DNA of 64,000 bases, taken from the NCBI GenBank assembly GCA_024643255.1, contig JAHENF010000004.1:49748-113747 (forward strand), in the 5' to 3' direction. Positions 44,088 through 53,977 of the stretch are shown in pieces. Source of the DNA: Ilumatobacteraceae bacterium. Its GTDB lineage: Bacteria > Actinomycetota > Acidimicrobiia > Acidimicrobiales > Ilumatobacteraceae. Position numbers and translations under genes: made by a program. Each line of letters opens with the position of its first letter. Position 1 is the first letter of the stretch. Under the pieces are notes generated by a model, which worked only from the letters and a program-made list of their open reading frames with translations, had not been told where the DNA came from and made no database searches.

Positions 44088-45233
44088 TCAGTACTCGAGT
44101 TGGCCGGCGAGGGATTCGACGGCCTCGATGAACTCCTCGACCATCTCGATCACGACCTGGCCGGCCGACTTCGGCTGGTTCATCGTGCCGACGATCTGGC
44201 CGACGAAGTAGTTGGCGAGCTTCTCGGCGCCCGAACCCTTCGTGTACGCCGCGCGGTTGATGCGCGCCTGTGCCTCGTTGGTGAGGATCGGTTGCAGCGG
44301 CATGCCGAGCGGATCGGGCGTGTCCGCGCGGTCCCACTCCTCGGTCCACGCCGACTTCAACATGCGCGCGTGCTTGCCGGTGAGCGATCGTGACCGGATC
44401 GTGTCGGCCGATGTCGCCGCGAGGAACTTCTGCTTCACCACGGGGTGGGTCTCGGCCTCGTCGGTGGTCAACCACACCGAGCCGCACCACACCCCTTGCG
44501 CACCGAGCGCCATCGCCGCGGCCATCTGACGGCCTCGGCCGATCCCACCGGCGCCGAGCACCGGGATGTCGACGGCGTCGACGATCTCGGGGATCAGCAC
44601 CATCGAGCCGATCTCACCGGTGTGTCCACCGGCCTCGGAACCCTGAGCGATGATGATGTCGACGCCCGCCGCCTGATGGCGTTCCGCGTGTTGCGGCCGC
44701 CCGGCGAGCGCGCCGATCAGACGGCCTTCCTCCTTGACCCGGTCGATCAGGAACTGCGGCGGCGGCCCCAGCGCGTTCGCCACGAAGGCCGTCTTGTGGG
44801 CCAGGGAGATCTCCAGTTGAGGTCCGGCGGCCGCGGCGCTGAACGGGGCCACCCCGTTGTGGCCGGCGGTCGACCGGCCCGACGAACGCTCCTCGTCGGG
44901 CGGGAACTCGGGAACGTCGTACCGGCGCAGGATGTCGTCGATGAAGGCGCGGTGGGTGTCGGGGATCAGCGCTCGGATGTCGTCGAGCGTGTACCCGCCG
45001 CCCTCGTCGCCGGCGTACTTGGCCGGCACGATCAGGTCCACGCCGTACGGCCGGTCGCCGAGTTCCGCCTCGATCCACGCGAGATCGATCTCCAGCTGCT
45101 CGGGTGAATGGGCAACCGCCCCGAGGACCCCGAGCCCGCCGGCCTTCGAGACGGCGGCGACGACGTCACGGCAATGGCTGAACGCGAAGATCGGGAACTC
45201 GATGCCCAGCATCTCGGTGGCGGCGGTCTTCAT
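44088..45233 (-). CDS. nitronate monooxygenase (NMO) family FMN enzyme
   Basis: GIEFPIFAFSH..GGLGVLGA..GAGGIGRGRQMAAAMALGAQGVWCGS. Confidence 0.85.
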   Translation of the reverse strand: MKTAATEMLGIEFPIFAFSHCRDVVAAVSKAGGLGVLGAVAHSPEQLEIDLAWIEAELGDRPYGVDLIVPAKYAGDEGGGYTLDDIRALIPDTHRAFIDDILRRYDVPEFPPDEERSSGRSTAGHNGVAPFSAAAAGPQLEISLAHKTAFVANALGPPPQFLIDRVKEEGRLIGALAGRPQHAERHQAAGVDIIIAQGSEAGGHTGEIGSMVLIPEIVDAVDIPVLGAGGIGRGRQMAAAMALGAQGVWCGSVWLTTDEAETHPVVKQKFLAATSADTIRSRSLTGKHARMLKSAWTEEWDRADTPDPLGMPLQPILTNEAQARINRAAYTKGSGAEKLANYFVGQIVGTMNQPKSAGQVVIEMVEEFIEAVESLAGQLEY

Positions 45234-45393
45234 CTGGTCTCCTGACGACAGGGGCGAACGCTGTCATTGTTGCCGCGGGGCCACCTGTGCGACGAAGCCG
45301 CATCGTGCGGCCGGATCGGTCCGACCGTTCGGAGGCCTACGATGTGGGCTGGTCGACATTCCGCCGACCGCATCCCACAGGAGCCGATAACCC

Positions 45394-46767
45394 ATGTCCG
45401 TGACCGACTCGACCACAATGTCAGAGCTCGTAGCCAGGGCGAAAGCGATCACCGAGCGCGAGCTGGCGATCTACACAGAGCGAACCAAGGGTTCGCAGGT
45501 CGCGACCGAGCGGGCCCGCAAGGTGCTGCCCGCCGGTGTGCCGTCCAGCTTCCAGGCCTACGACCCGCATCCCATCGTCGTCAAGCACGCGTCGGGCTCG
45601 CGCATGATCGACGTCGACGACAACGAGTACGTCGACTACGACATGGGCTTCGGCGCGCTGTTCGCCGGCCACATGCACCCCGCTGTACGCAAGGCCGTCG
45701 AAGAGCAGCTCGACGAAGGCACGCTCTACGTCACCCCCTGTGAGCTCGACGCCGAGGTCGCCGAACTGCTCGGCGACCGCTACGGATTCCCGATGTGGCG
45801 GCCGACCAACTCCGGCACCGAGGCGACGATGGACGCGATCCGTCTCGCTCGCGGCGTCACCAAGCGCGAAAAGCTCGTCAAGGTCGAAGGTGGCTATCAC
45901 GGCCATCACGACGAGGTGATGGTTTCGAACAAGCCGGCGCTCGCCGACGCAGGCCCGGCCGATGCTCCGTTCTCGGTTCCGCAGTCGGCCGGCATCACCC
46001 AGGGCACGATCGACGACGTCATCGTGATCCCCTACAACGATGCCCCGGCGCTCGAGCGGGTGCTCGCGAATCGCGACGTCGCCTGTTTCATCGTCGAGCC
46101 GGTCATGGAGAACATCGGCATCTGTCTGCCGGAGCCCGGCTACCTCGAGGCAGTCCGCGAGATCTGCACGAAGTACGGCACGCTGTTGATCTTCGACGAG
46201 GTCAAGACGGGGATCACGGCAGGTCTCGGCGGGGCCACCACGGTGCTCGGCGTCCGGCCGGACCTGATCACGCTCGCCAAGTCGATCGGTGGCGGTTTCC
46301 CGGTCGGTGCGTTCGGCGGCAAGGCCGAGTACATGGAGCTGATCGCAACGGGTGAAGTGCTGCACCTCGGCACGTACAACGGCAACCCGCTCGTGATGGC
46401 CGCGACCAAGGCGACGCTGACGGAGGCCTGCACGGCCGACGCCATCGAGGCGGCGATCGCGCTCAACACCCGTTTGGTCCAGGCCTGTCAGAAGATCATC
46501 GACGACTCGGGCATCCCGGCCCACACGGTGCAGTTCGGCGCCAAGGGTTGCATCACCTGGTCGATCGACCCTGTGCGCAACTATCGCGACTACAAGGCGA
46601 CGGACTTCGACCTGGCGTTCGCTCAGTGGATGCACGGCATCAACCGCGGCATCCTGCTGCCGCCGGGCCTCGACGAGCAGTGGCTGATCTCGGTGATGCA
46701 CTCCGAGGCAGACGCCATGCGGTACGCCGACGTCTTCGCCGAGTTCGTCGCCGAACTGACCGCCTGA
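45394..46767 (+). CDS. class III aminotransferase (GSA-aminomutase-like), second copy
   Basis: PTNSGTEATMDA, GGYHGHHDE, LLIFDEVKTG. Confidence 0.85.
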   Translation: MSVTDSTTMSELVARAKAITERELAIYTERTKGSQVATERARKVLPAGVPSSFQAYDPHPIVVKHASGSRMIDVDDNEYVDYDMGFGALFAGHMHPAVRKAVEEQLDEGTLYVTPCELDAEVAELLGDRYGFPMWRPTNSGTEATMDAIRLARGVTKREKLVKVEGGYHGHHDEVMVSNKPALADAGPADAPFSVPQSAGITQGTIDDVIVIPYNDAPALERVLANRDVACFIVEPVMENIGICLPEPGYLEAVREICTKYGTLLIFDEVKTGITAGLGGATTVLGVRPDLITLAKSIGGGFPVGAFGGKAEYMELIATGEVLHLGTYNGNPLVMAATKATLTEACTADAIEAAIALNTRLVQACQKIIDDSGIPAHTVQFGAKGCITWSIDPVRNYRDYKATDFDLAFAQWMHGINRGILLPPGLDEQWLISVMHSEADAMRYADVFAEFVAELTA

Positions 46768-46773
46768 ACGCTC

Positions 46774-46809
46774 TCGGTCCGAACCCTTTCGGTCCGAACC
46801 CTCTCGGCC
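46774..46809 (+). repeat. 15-bp tandem repeat, about 2.4 copies (TCGGTCCGAACCCTT)
   Basis: Copies at 46774-46788 and 46789-46803, partial at 46804-46809. Intergenic. Confidence 0.85.
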
Positions 46810-46836
46810 TGACGGCCGACTGCGAGACTGCGTGTC

Positions 46837-47790
46837 GTGGCACTGTTCTGTACCGACACGTTCTTCGACGCACATGCCGAGCGCCTGTCCGCCGTGGCAC
46901 CCGACCTCGAGGTCGTGGTGCTGCGGCGCGGCGTCGAGGTCGCTCGCAGCGACATCGAGCGGATCACGATGGTGTTCTTCTCGAGCGATGCCTGGCCCGA
47001 ACGCGCCGCGCCGTTGTTGAAGGTGGCGCTCGAGGCGACCAACCTGCAGTGGCTCCACTCGATGTCGGCTGGTGTCGACAGCCCGATCTTCTCGATGTTC
47101 ATGGAGCGAGGGGTTCGGGTGACCACGTCGTCCGGAGCGACCGCTCCGCCGATCGCCGGAACAGTGATGCTCTATCTGCTCGCGCTGAGCCGGGGGCTTC
47201 CCGGCTGGTTGCGTTCACAGCGGGCTCACGAGTGGTCGCCGACGTCGTTCCGGGAGCTCGACGGTCAGCGGATCGTGGTCGTCGGCTATGGCCCGATCGG
47301 TCGCGAAGTCGTTCGACTCGCGCAGGCCTTCCGGATGGAGCCCGTCGTCGTTCGCCGTGCTGCCCAGGGTGACGAACCCTGCGAGGTCCGGTCGCTCGTG
47401 CAGCTCACCGACGCCGTCCGGGACGCCGACGCTGTGGTCGTCGCGCTCCCGCTCGCCGATGGGACCCGCGGCATCGTGTCAGCCGAGGTGATCGCCGCGA
47501 TGGGGCCGCACACGATGTTCGTGAACGTCGGTCGCGGTGAGCTCGTCGACCAGCCTGCCCTGACCGAGGCCTTGGCGTCGGGGCGTCTCGGAGGCGCGGG
47601 TCTCGATGTCTTCACGACCGAGCCGCTTCCCGCCGACGACGCGCTCTGGGATCTGCCCAATGTGATCATCTCGCCGCACACCTCCGGGGCGAGCGATGGC
47701 GCGGCGAGCCGGGTGGTCGAGATCTTCCTCGACAACCTCGAACGGTTCGTGCGCAACGAGCCCTTGCACAACGAGGTGCCACCCGCCTGA
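46837..47790 (+). CDS. D-isomer-specific 2-hydroxyacid dehydrogenase family protein
   Basis: GTG start. VVGYGPIGREV, NVGRGELVD, DVFTTEPLP, ISPHTSG. Confidence 0.8.
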   Translation: MALFCTDTFFDAHAERLSAVAPDLEVVVLRRGVEVARSDIERITMVFFSSDAWPERAAPLLKVALEATNLQWLHSMSAGVDSPIFSMFMERGVRVTTSSGATAPPIAGTVMLYLLALSRGLPGWLRSQRAHEWSPTSFRELDGQRIVVVGYGPIGREVVRLAQAFRMEPVVVRRAAQGDEPCEVRSLVQLTDAVRDADAVVVALPLADGTRGIVSAEVIAAMGPHTMFVNVGRGELVDQPALTEALASGRLGGAGLDVFTTEPLPADDALWDLPNVIISPHTSGASDGAASRVVEIFLDNLERFVRNEPLHNEVPPA

Positions 47791-47797
47791 GCCGCGC

Positions 47798-48655
47798 TCA
47801 AGCGGCGATCGGCACCGCGTGCGCACGGAGCTTCTCGATCGCGCGCTCGACGCGGCGCCGCACCGCTTGCGGCGTGACGCCCAGTTCGTCGGCGATCGCC
47901 GCGAACGTGACTGGCGCATGGCCGCGCAGTCCGTAGCGAGCGGCGACGGCGTAGCGGCTGGTGGGATCGAGGTGGTCGAGCAGGGCATCGATCTGTTCGC
48001 TCAGGACGTTGCGTTCGGCGCGTTCGTCGGGGCCTTCGTCGTCGCTGCGCACGAGCGCTCCGAGGGTGTCGTTGCCGTCGCCGAGCGGTCGGTCCATCGA
48101 CTCGAGTTGGCTGAGCATCTCGATCATGGCCACGTCGCCCCTGAGGCGGCCACCGTTGGCGGCGGCCGACGCCGTCCGCAGCTCCCTGGTGCGGTGACCG
48201 GGAATCCGGATCGTGGTCGCCGAGGCCTCGAGACCGCGCTGGATCGATTGGCGAATCCACCACGTGGCGTAGGTCGAGAACTTGTAGCCGCGACGCCAGT
48301 CGAACTTGTCGACCGCCTTGTCGAGGCCGATCATTCCGTCCTGGACGAGGTCGTCACGGTCGAGGTGCACCGGGACGCTGAATCTGTTGGCGATGCTCTG
48401 TACGAGGCGAACGTTGGCCTCGATGAAGTGATGCCGGGCACGTTCGCCGTCGGCCACGAGCTGCTCGTCGCCATCGAGGCCGGCACGTTCTGCGATTCGC
48501 TGAGCCGCCTCGCGTCCGGCCTCGATCGTTCGGGCGAGCGCCCGCTCGTCGTGCGCCGTCAACAACGCACGCCGATCGAGCCGATGTGGGCGTGTCGTGG
48601 ACGGTGTGGCGGGGGGTGCGGTGGGGTTCTCGCTCGTGCGTGCGGTGGGAGCCAT
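47798..48655 (-). CDS. RNA polymerase sigma-70 family factor (primary-like regions 2-4)
   Basis: ATG 48655. Region 2 DLVQDGMIGLDKAVDKFD..YKFSTYATWWIRQSIQRG. Region 4 FAAIADELGVTPQAVRRRVERAIEKL. Confidence 0.85.
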   Translation of the reverse strand: MAPTARTSENPTAPPATPSTTRPHRLDRRALLTAHDERALARTIEAGREAAQRIAERAGLDGDEQLVADGERARHHFIEANVRLVQSIANRFSVPVHLDRDDLVQDGMIGLDKAVDKFDWRRGYKFSTYATWWIRQSIQRGLEASATTIRIPGHRTRELRTASAAANGGRLRGDVAMIEMLSQLESMDRPLGDGNDTLGALVRSDDEGPDERAERNVLSEQIDALLDHLDPTSRYAVAARYGLRGHAPVTFAAIADELGVTPQAVRRRVERAIEKLRAHAVPIAA

Positions 48656-48661
48656 GGGGAG

Positions 48662-48690
48662 ATAATAAAAGACATCTTTGAAAAGGTCAA
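48662..48690 (-). promoter_or_regulatory. candidate promoter of the sigma factor gene, leaderless geometry
   Basis: On the minus strand: TTGACC (48690-48685), 17 nt, TATTAT (48667-48662), 6 nt CTCCCC, ATG (48655). No SD. Confidence 0.55.
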
Positions 48691-48708
48691 TGTTGGAGTA
48701 CGTATAAT
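48678..48708 (+). promoter_or_regulatory. candidate mrp operon promoter
   Basis: TTGAAA (48678-48683), 19-nt spacer, TATAAT (48703-48708). The -10 abuts the listed TTG start at 48708. Confidence 0.4.
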
Positions 48709-51008
48709 TGAGCACGTATCCTTCGGTCCTGTTGATCTGGTTCTTGCTCGTCCTCTACGTCGCCGCCGCGAGCGCGACGGCCACGCTGGGTGGACGGCTG
48801 GGGCGCAACGCGCTGTGGATTGCGGCCGTGCCGATGGCCGCCACGGCGCTGTGGTCGCTGACGATCGTCGGATCAGACGACGTGGTGTCCGCCGGATTCG
48901 ACTGGGTACCCGGACTCGACGTGTCGATCCTGTTCCGAGTCGACGCGCTCCATGCCCTGCTGTCGCTGATGGTGGCGGGCATCGGCGCGCTCGTCTGCGT
49001 CTACTCCGCCGGATACTTCACGTCTGGCGCCGCGGGTCTGGGGCGCTTCGCCGCCACCCTCGTGACCTTCTCGGGAGCGATGGTCGGTCTGGTCTGGGCC
49101 GACTCGGTGTGGACGCTGTTTCTCTTCTGGGAGCTCACCTCGATCACGTCGTTCCTGCTCGTGGGGTTCAAGCACACCGATCCGGTCGCGCGGACCGCGG
49201 CCCGTCGGGCACTCGTGATCACCGCAGGTGGCGGCCTGGCACTGCTGGCCGGCTTCGTGCTGTACGTCGACGCGGCCGGCACCGCGGTGCTCAGTGACAT
49301 CTCGCCGATCACCGGGTCGACCGCGACCGCCGCCGCGGTCCTGATCCTGATCGCCGCCGCGACCAAGTCGGCACAGGTGCCGTTCCACGTGTGGCTTCCG
49401 GGCGCGATGGCCGCGCCGACGCCGGTCAGCGCCTACCTTCACTCGGCCACGATGGTGAAGGCCGGCGTGATCCTCGTCGCTGTCATCGCACCGGCCTTCC
49501 AGGAGACCGACGTCTGGAAGCCCCTCGGCCTGGCGTTCGGCCTGACCACGATGATCTGGGGGGCGATCGGCGCGCTCCGACACGTCGATGCCAAGCTCAT
49601 TCTCGCCTGGGGCACCGTGTCGCAGCTCGGCCTGCTCATCGCGCTGCTCGGCATCGGCACCCCCAAGGCCACGTTCGCCGCGATCGCGCTCCTCGTTGCC
49701 CACGCAGTGTTCAAGGCCGCGCTGTTCATGGTCGTCGGCGAGGTCGACGTTCGTACCGGGACCCGTAACATCAACGAACTCTCCGGGCTGCGACGCTCGA
49801 TGCCGATCACGTTCGCCGTCGCGCTCGTCTCGGGTCTCTCGATGGCCGGGGTGCCACCGTTGCTCGGATTCCCTGCGAAGGAAGCGGCGATCGAAGCCGT
49901 ACTCGGGCTCGAGGGATCCGAGCGTCTGCTGGTCGGCGGGCTCGTCATCGGTGGCGCTGTGCTCACCGTTGCCTACACGACCCGTCTCCTGTTCGGCATG
50001 TTCGGTCGCTCCGAACCGATGCCGGACCGTCGGGTGGCGCCGTCGCGTCCGGCGATGGTCGTCGCCGAGGTGGTCCTCGCATTCGCAACAGTTGCCGGGT
50101 TCGTTGCCCTCGGTGGGGTCACCCAGCTCGTGCGGTCCGCGGCCGTACTCGTCGCCCCGAAGGCCGAGGTGTACTCGCTGTTGCGCTGGCCGGGCCTGAC
50201 GACCGCCTTCATCGTCTCGATGATCGTGGTGGTGCTGGGATCCGTGGTCGGCGTCGCCGTCGCCCGCCGCGTCGTCGTCGGCGGACCCGCTGCTCGCGGC
50301 GCGGCGAACGTCGACGCCCTGATCGATGGCATCGGGCGCGCGGCTCGCCGCGTCGCCGGCCGGGTGCAGCACGGATCGTTGCCGCTCTATCTCGCGACCA
50401 CCGTGGTGATGGTCGCACTCGCGTCGGCAGTGTTCGTCGTCGAGATCGACGCCGACGCTCTGTATTGGTGGGACAACCGGGCCGAGGCGGTGCTCGTCGT
50501 GATGATCGTCGCCGCGGCGGTCGCTGCCACCACGGTCGATTCCCGCCTCGGCGCTGCACTGGTGCTCGGCGCGGTCGGGTTCAGCGTTGCCGGACTCTTC
50601 GTGGCGCTCGGCGCTCCCGATCTCGTGCTGACCCAACTGCTCGTCGAGACGGTGATCGTCGTCGGGTTCGTCCTCGGCCTCGGACGTCTGGCAACGCGAT
50701 TCCCGACGGCGACCCGGCTCTGGCTCGCCGGACGAATCGTCGTGTCGGTGCTGATCGGTGCGGCGATTGCGGTGGCGCTGGCCGGCGCCGCGTCGTCACC
50801 GTCGGGGCAACCGCCGGTGCTCGACCTCGCAACGTCGGCCGTCGCCGACGGCGGTGGCAACAACGTCGTCAACGTGATCCTCACCGACACGCGCGCACTC
50901 GACACGCTCGGCGAGGTCGTGGTGCTCCTCACGGTCGCCGTCGGGATCCTCACGCTCACACGGACGCGGTCGAGGCGGCACCACGAGCCGACGGAGTCAG
51001 CGACGTGA
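48708..51008 (+). CDS. mrpA: Na+/H+ antiporter subunit A
   Basis: NuoL-like WLPGAMAAPTPVSAYLHSATMVKAG. The start is uncertain; in-frame TTG 48732 fits better if TATAAT 48703-48708 is the -10. Confidence 0.85.
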   Translation: MSTYPSVLLIWFLLVLYVAAASATATLGGRLGRNALWIAAVPMAATALWSLTIVGSDDVVSAGFDWVPGLDVSILFRVDALHALLSLMVAGIGALVCVYSAGYFTSGAAGLGRFAATLVTFSGAMVGLVWADSVWTLFLFWELTSITSFLLVGFKHTDPVARTAARRALVITAGGGLALLAGFVLYVDAAGTAVLSDISPITGSTATAAAVLILIAAATKSAQVPFHVWLPGAMAAPTPVSAYLHSATMVKAGVILVAVIAPAFQETDVWKPLGLAFGLTTMIWGAIGALRHVDAKLILAWGTVSQLGLLIALLGIGTPKATFAAIALLVAHAVFKAALFMVVGEVDVRTGTRNINELSGLRRSMPITFAVALVSGLSMAGVPPLLGFPAKEAAIEAVLGLEGSERLLVGGLVIGGAVLTVAYTTRLLFGMFGRSEPMPDRRVAPSRPAMVVAEVVLAFATVAGFVALGGVTQLVRSAAVLVAPKAEVYSLLRWPGLTTAFIVSMIVVVLGSVVGVAVARRVVVGGPAARGAANVDALIDGIGRAARRVAGRVQHGSLPLYLATTVVMVALASAVFVVEIDADALYWWDNRAEAVLVVMIVAAAVAATTVDSRLGAALVLGAVGFSVAGLFVALGAPDLVLTQLLVETVIVVGFVLGLGRLATRFPTATRLWLAGRIVVSVLIGAAIAVALAGAASSPSGQPPVLDLATSAVADGGGNNVVNVILTDTRALDTLGEVVVLLTVAVGILTLTRTRSRRHHEPTESAT

Positions 51009-51490
51009 TCGCGCGCACATCACCCATCGTTCGTCTTGCGGTCCGGGCCGTGACGCCGATCGCGCTGCTGATCGCCGCATTCGTATTGTTCGCAGGTCAC
51101 AATCAGCCGGGAGGCGGGTTCGCCGCAGGGCTCCTGCTCGGTGCGGTCATCGTGTTGCGCACGGTGGCGGGCCTCCAGCAACCGCGCCACGCGGCGGTGT
51201 TCCTCGCCGTCGGCGGCGTGATCGTGGGCCTCGAGGCGCTCACGCCGCTGTTGTGGGGGCAACCACTGCTCGATCAGGTCGTCGTCAGCCGACACGTGCC
51301 GCTGCTCGGCAAGGTCAAGACCGGCTCGGCATTGATCTTCGATCTCGGCGTCGTGGCCGTCGTGGTCGGACTGGTCATCGCGGTGCTCGACGGATTCGGG
51401 GCGGCCTCGCTCGTCGACCGCGGTCGACGACCGATCGACGATGCTCCGGTCGACGCGTCCGTCGACACCGATTCGGGACGGAACCGATGA
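51005..51490 (+). CDS. mrpB: Na+/H+ antiporter subunit B
   Basis: GTGA overlap. GHNQPGGGFAAGL signature. Confidence 0.85.
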   Translation: MIARTSPIVRLAVRAVTPIALLIAAFVLFAGHNQPGGGFAAGLLLGAVIVLRTVAGLQQPRHAAVFLAVGGVIVGLEALTPLLWGQPLLDQVVVSRHVPLLGKVKTGSALIFDLGVVAVVVGLVIAVLDGFGAASLVDRGRRPIDDAPVDASVDTDSGRNR

Positions 51491-51969
51491 GCCTCGCGAT
51501 GATCATCGCTGTCGGCGCGCTGGCCTCGACCGGCACTTTTCTCGTCACGTCGCGGTCGCTGAGCCGGATCGTGCTCGGCTTCGCCCTCCTGGGCCACGCC
51601 GCCGTACTCGCGCTGCTCGCGTCGGGCGGTCGAGCGGGCCGGCCACCGATCGTCGACGGTTCCGCCACCGCAGAGACGGCGAACCCGCTGCCGCAGGCGC
51701 TGTCGCTCACCGCCATCGTCATCTCCTTCGGCCTGACGCTGTACCTGCTCGCTCTGGCGCGCCGTCAGCAGATGCTGACCGGCGACGACCTCGTCGAGGA
51801 CGACGTCGAGGATCGCCGCATCGCCGCCACCGAGGACTGGGTCGTGCTGACGTCCGACGAGACCCTCGCGATCGAGTCGCACCACGACGACGGCTCGGGG
51901 GCCGAGGCGGATCCGAACCCAGCATCGAACGTCGAACTGAACGTCGAGTCGAACGAGGCGCACCGATGA
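51487..51969 (+). CDS. mrpC: Na+/H+ antiporter subunit C (NuoK-like) with acidic C-terminal tail
   Basis: ATGA overlap. Three TM segments, then about 45 acidic residues. Confidence 0.85.
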   Translation: MSLAMIIAVGALASTGTFLVTSRSLSRIVLGFALLGHAAVLALLASGGRAGRPPIVDGSATAETANPLPQALSLTAIVISFGLTLYLLALARRQQMLTGDDLVEDDVEDRRIAATEDWVVLTSDETLAIESHHDDGSGAEADPNPASNVELNVESNEAHR

Positions 51970-53444
51970 CCGCGGTGGTCGGCCTCATCGTGATCGTGCC
52001 GCTGTTGGCTGCGGCCGTCGTGCTCGGATTCCGTCACCGTGCCGCGGTGCGCGACGTCCTCACGCTGTCGGCGATGGCCGCAACGACCGCGATGGCCGCA
52101 ACGTTGCTCGTCGCGGTCGATCGTGACGGCACGGTGGTCCTGCGGGTCGGCGGATGGGCGCCGGAACTCGGCATCGTCCTCGTCGCGGATCTGTTCGCTG
52201 CGCTGATCCTGCTCGTGGCCTCGGCGACGATCCTCGTGGTCGAGTTGTTCGCGATCGGCCAGCGACGAACTCCGGCCGGTGCAGACCCGGCGGTGGTGTC
52301 GCCGATCCTGCTCGTGCTCGCGGGTGGCGTCGGACTCGCGATCCTGACGGGCGACCTGTTCACGCTGTTCGTTGCCTTCGAGCTGATTCTCGTGGCGAGC
52401 TATGTGCTGCTCACCCATCAGGGCCGGGCCGCACAGATCCGATCTGGCATGACCTACGTGGTCATCAATCTGTTCGCGTCGACGCTGTTCCTGTTCGGCG
52501 TGGCGATCGTCTACGCAGCGACCGGCACGGTCAACCTGGCGTTGCTGGCCGAGCGCATCCCCGAACTGCCTGCTGCCACGCAGGTCGGCATCGGTCTGTG
52601 GTTCCTTGTCGTCTTCGGAACGAAGGCGGCCATCTTTCCACTGTTCTCGTGGCTCCCCGACAGCTACCCGACGGCACCGACCACGATCACCGCCGTGTTC
52701 GCCGGCCTGCTCACGAAGATCGGCGTCTACGTCCTCATCCGGTTCTTCACGTTGATGGAACTCGACGAGCTCGGACCCGTCCTCCTGGTTGTTGCCGGTC
52801 TCACGATGATCATCGGTGTCCTCGGAGCGTTGGCGCAGGACGACGTGAAACGGATCCTGTCGTTCCACGTGGTGAGCCAGATCGGCTACATGATCATGGG
52901 ACTCGGGTTCTTCACCGTCGCCGGTGTGGCCGGAGCTGTGCTGTTCCTCGTCCACCAGATACCCGTGAAGACCGTCATGTTCCTCGCCGGAGGATTGATC
53001 GAGGACGATCAGGGAACCTCGGCGCTCAACAAGGTCGGTGGGCTCGCCACCAGCAAGCCGGTGATCGCCGTGCTGTTCGCCCTTCCCGCACTGAGTCTTG
53101 CCGGGTTGCCGCCTTTCTCCGGGTTCGTCGCCAAGTTGGCGCTCGTCGACGCGGGCATGGCGACCGGCGCGTACGTCATCGTGGCCGTGTCGCTCGTGGC
53201 CAGCATCCTGACACTGCTGTCGATGACCAAGATCTGGATCGGTGCGTTCTGGGGAGACGTGACGCCCTCCGCTGTCCCTGCCTCGAGTCGCCGGTCGGTC
53301 ACCGTGATGGAAGCGGCCGCGGGTCTTGCGGTTGCGGGAACGATCGCGGTGGCGGTGTTCGCCGGCGTGCTGTGGCCGATGTGCGAGGAGATCGCTACTG
53401 ACCTCCTGGCGCGGGGCCCCTACGTGAAGGCGGTGCTCGGATGA
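51966..53444 (+). CDS. mrpD: Na+/H+ antiporter subunit D
   Basis: ATGA overlap. NuoN/M-like WLPDSYPTAPTTITAVFAGLLTKIGVY. Confidence 0.9.
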   Translation: MTAVVGLIVIVPLLAAAVVLGFRHRAAVRDVLTLSAMAATTAMAATLLVAVDRDGTVVLRVGGWAPELGIVLVADLFAALILLVASATILVVELFAIGQRRTPAGADPAVVSPILLVLAGGVGLAILTGDLFTLFVAFELILVASYVLLTHQGRAAQIRSGMTYVVINLFASTLFLFGVAIVYAATGTVNLALLAERIPELPAATQVGIGLWFLVVFGTKAAIFPLFSWLPDSYPTAPTTITAVFAGLLTKIGVYVLIRFFTLMELDELGPVLLVVAGLTMIIGVLGALAQDDVKRILSFHVVSQIGYMIMGLGFFTVAGVAGAVLFLVHQIPVKTVMFLAGGLIEDDQGTSALNKVGGLATSKPVIAVLFALPALSLAGLPPFSGFVAKLALVDAGMATGAYVIVAVSLVASILTLLSMTKIWIGAFWGDVTPSAVPASSRRSVTVMEAAAGLAVAGTIAVAVFAGVLWPMCEEIATDLLARGPYVKAVLG

Positions 53445-53977
53445 ACGTCGCCGCGACGCTGCGCGAACTCCTGCTGCCGCGCCGGCTGATCACGCTCGCG
53501 CTCCTGGTCGGCGCATGGTGCGCGCTGTGGGGTGATGTCTCGATCGCCAACGTGCTCGCCGGCGGTGCGGTCGCGATCACCGTCACCCTGGTGGCCGGGG
53601 TCGAGCCCGGCCAGGGACGCCTTCATCTGTTCCCGCTGGTCCAGTTCGGCTGGTTGGTTGCCGTCGATCTGATCGTGTCGACCGTGTCGGTCGCGTGGGA
53701 GATCCTCACGCCGACCGACTACACCGACGAGGCGATCATCGCCGTCGACACCGAGGTCGCGAGCCGGGCCCATCTCCTCATGCTGGTCGTGGCGATCACG
53801 GTCACACCCGGAACGGCGGTGGTCGACAGCGACGCCGACACGGGCCGGCTCTACCTGCATCTCCTGCACGCCGACAAGGCCGACGGCATCGTCGAACACG
53901 TCCAACGACTCGCGGCGCTCAGTTGCAGGGCGCTCCCAGTCACCTCGGGTGCGACGCTCGGGAGGGGAGCGTCGTGA
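53441..53977 (+). CDS. mrpE: Na+/H+ antiporter subunit E
   Basis: ATGA overlap. Size, position and two N-terminal TM segments fit MrpE. Confidence 0.75.
   Translation: MNVAATLRELLLPRRLITLALLVGAWCALWGDVSIANVLAGGAVAITVTLVAGVEPGQGRLHLFPLVQFGWLVAVDLIVSTVSVAWEILTPTDYTDEAIIAVDTEVASRAHLLMLVVAITVTPGTAVVDSDADTGRLYLHLLHADKADGIVEHVQRLAALSCRALPVTSGATLGRGAS

Noticed and set aside
48656-48715. ATG 48715 as the sigma factor start (MLNYTYSNIDLFKDVFYYLP...)
   Set aside because: The extra 20 codons are simply the AT-rich promoter island translated. Their composition (Tyr/Asn/Phe/Lys) is alien to this proteome. ATG 48655 sits at the ideal leaderless distance from a TATTAT hexamer.
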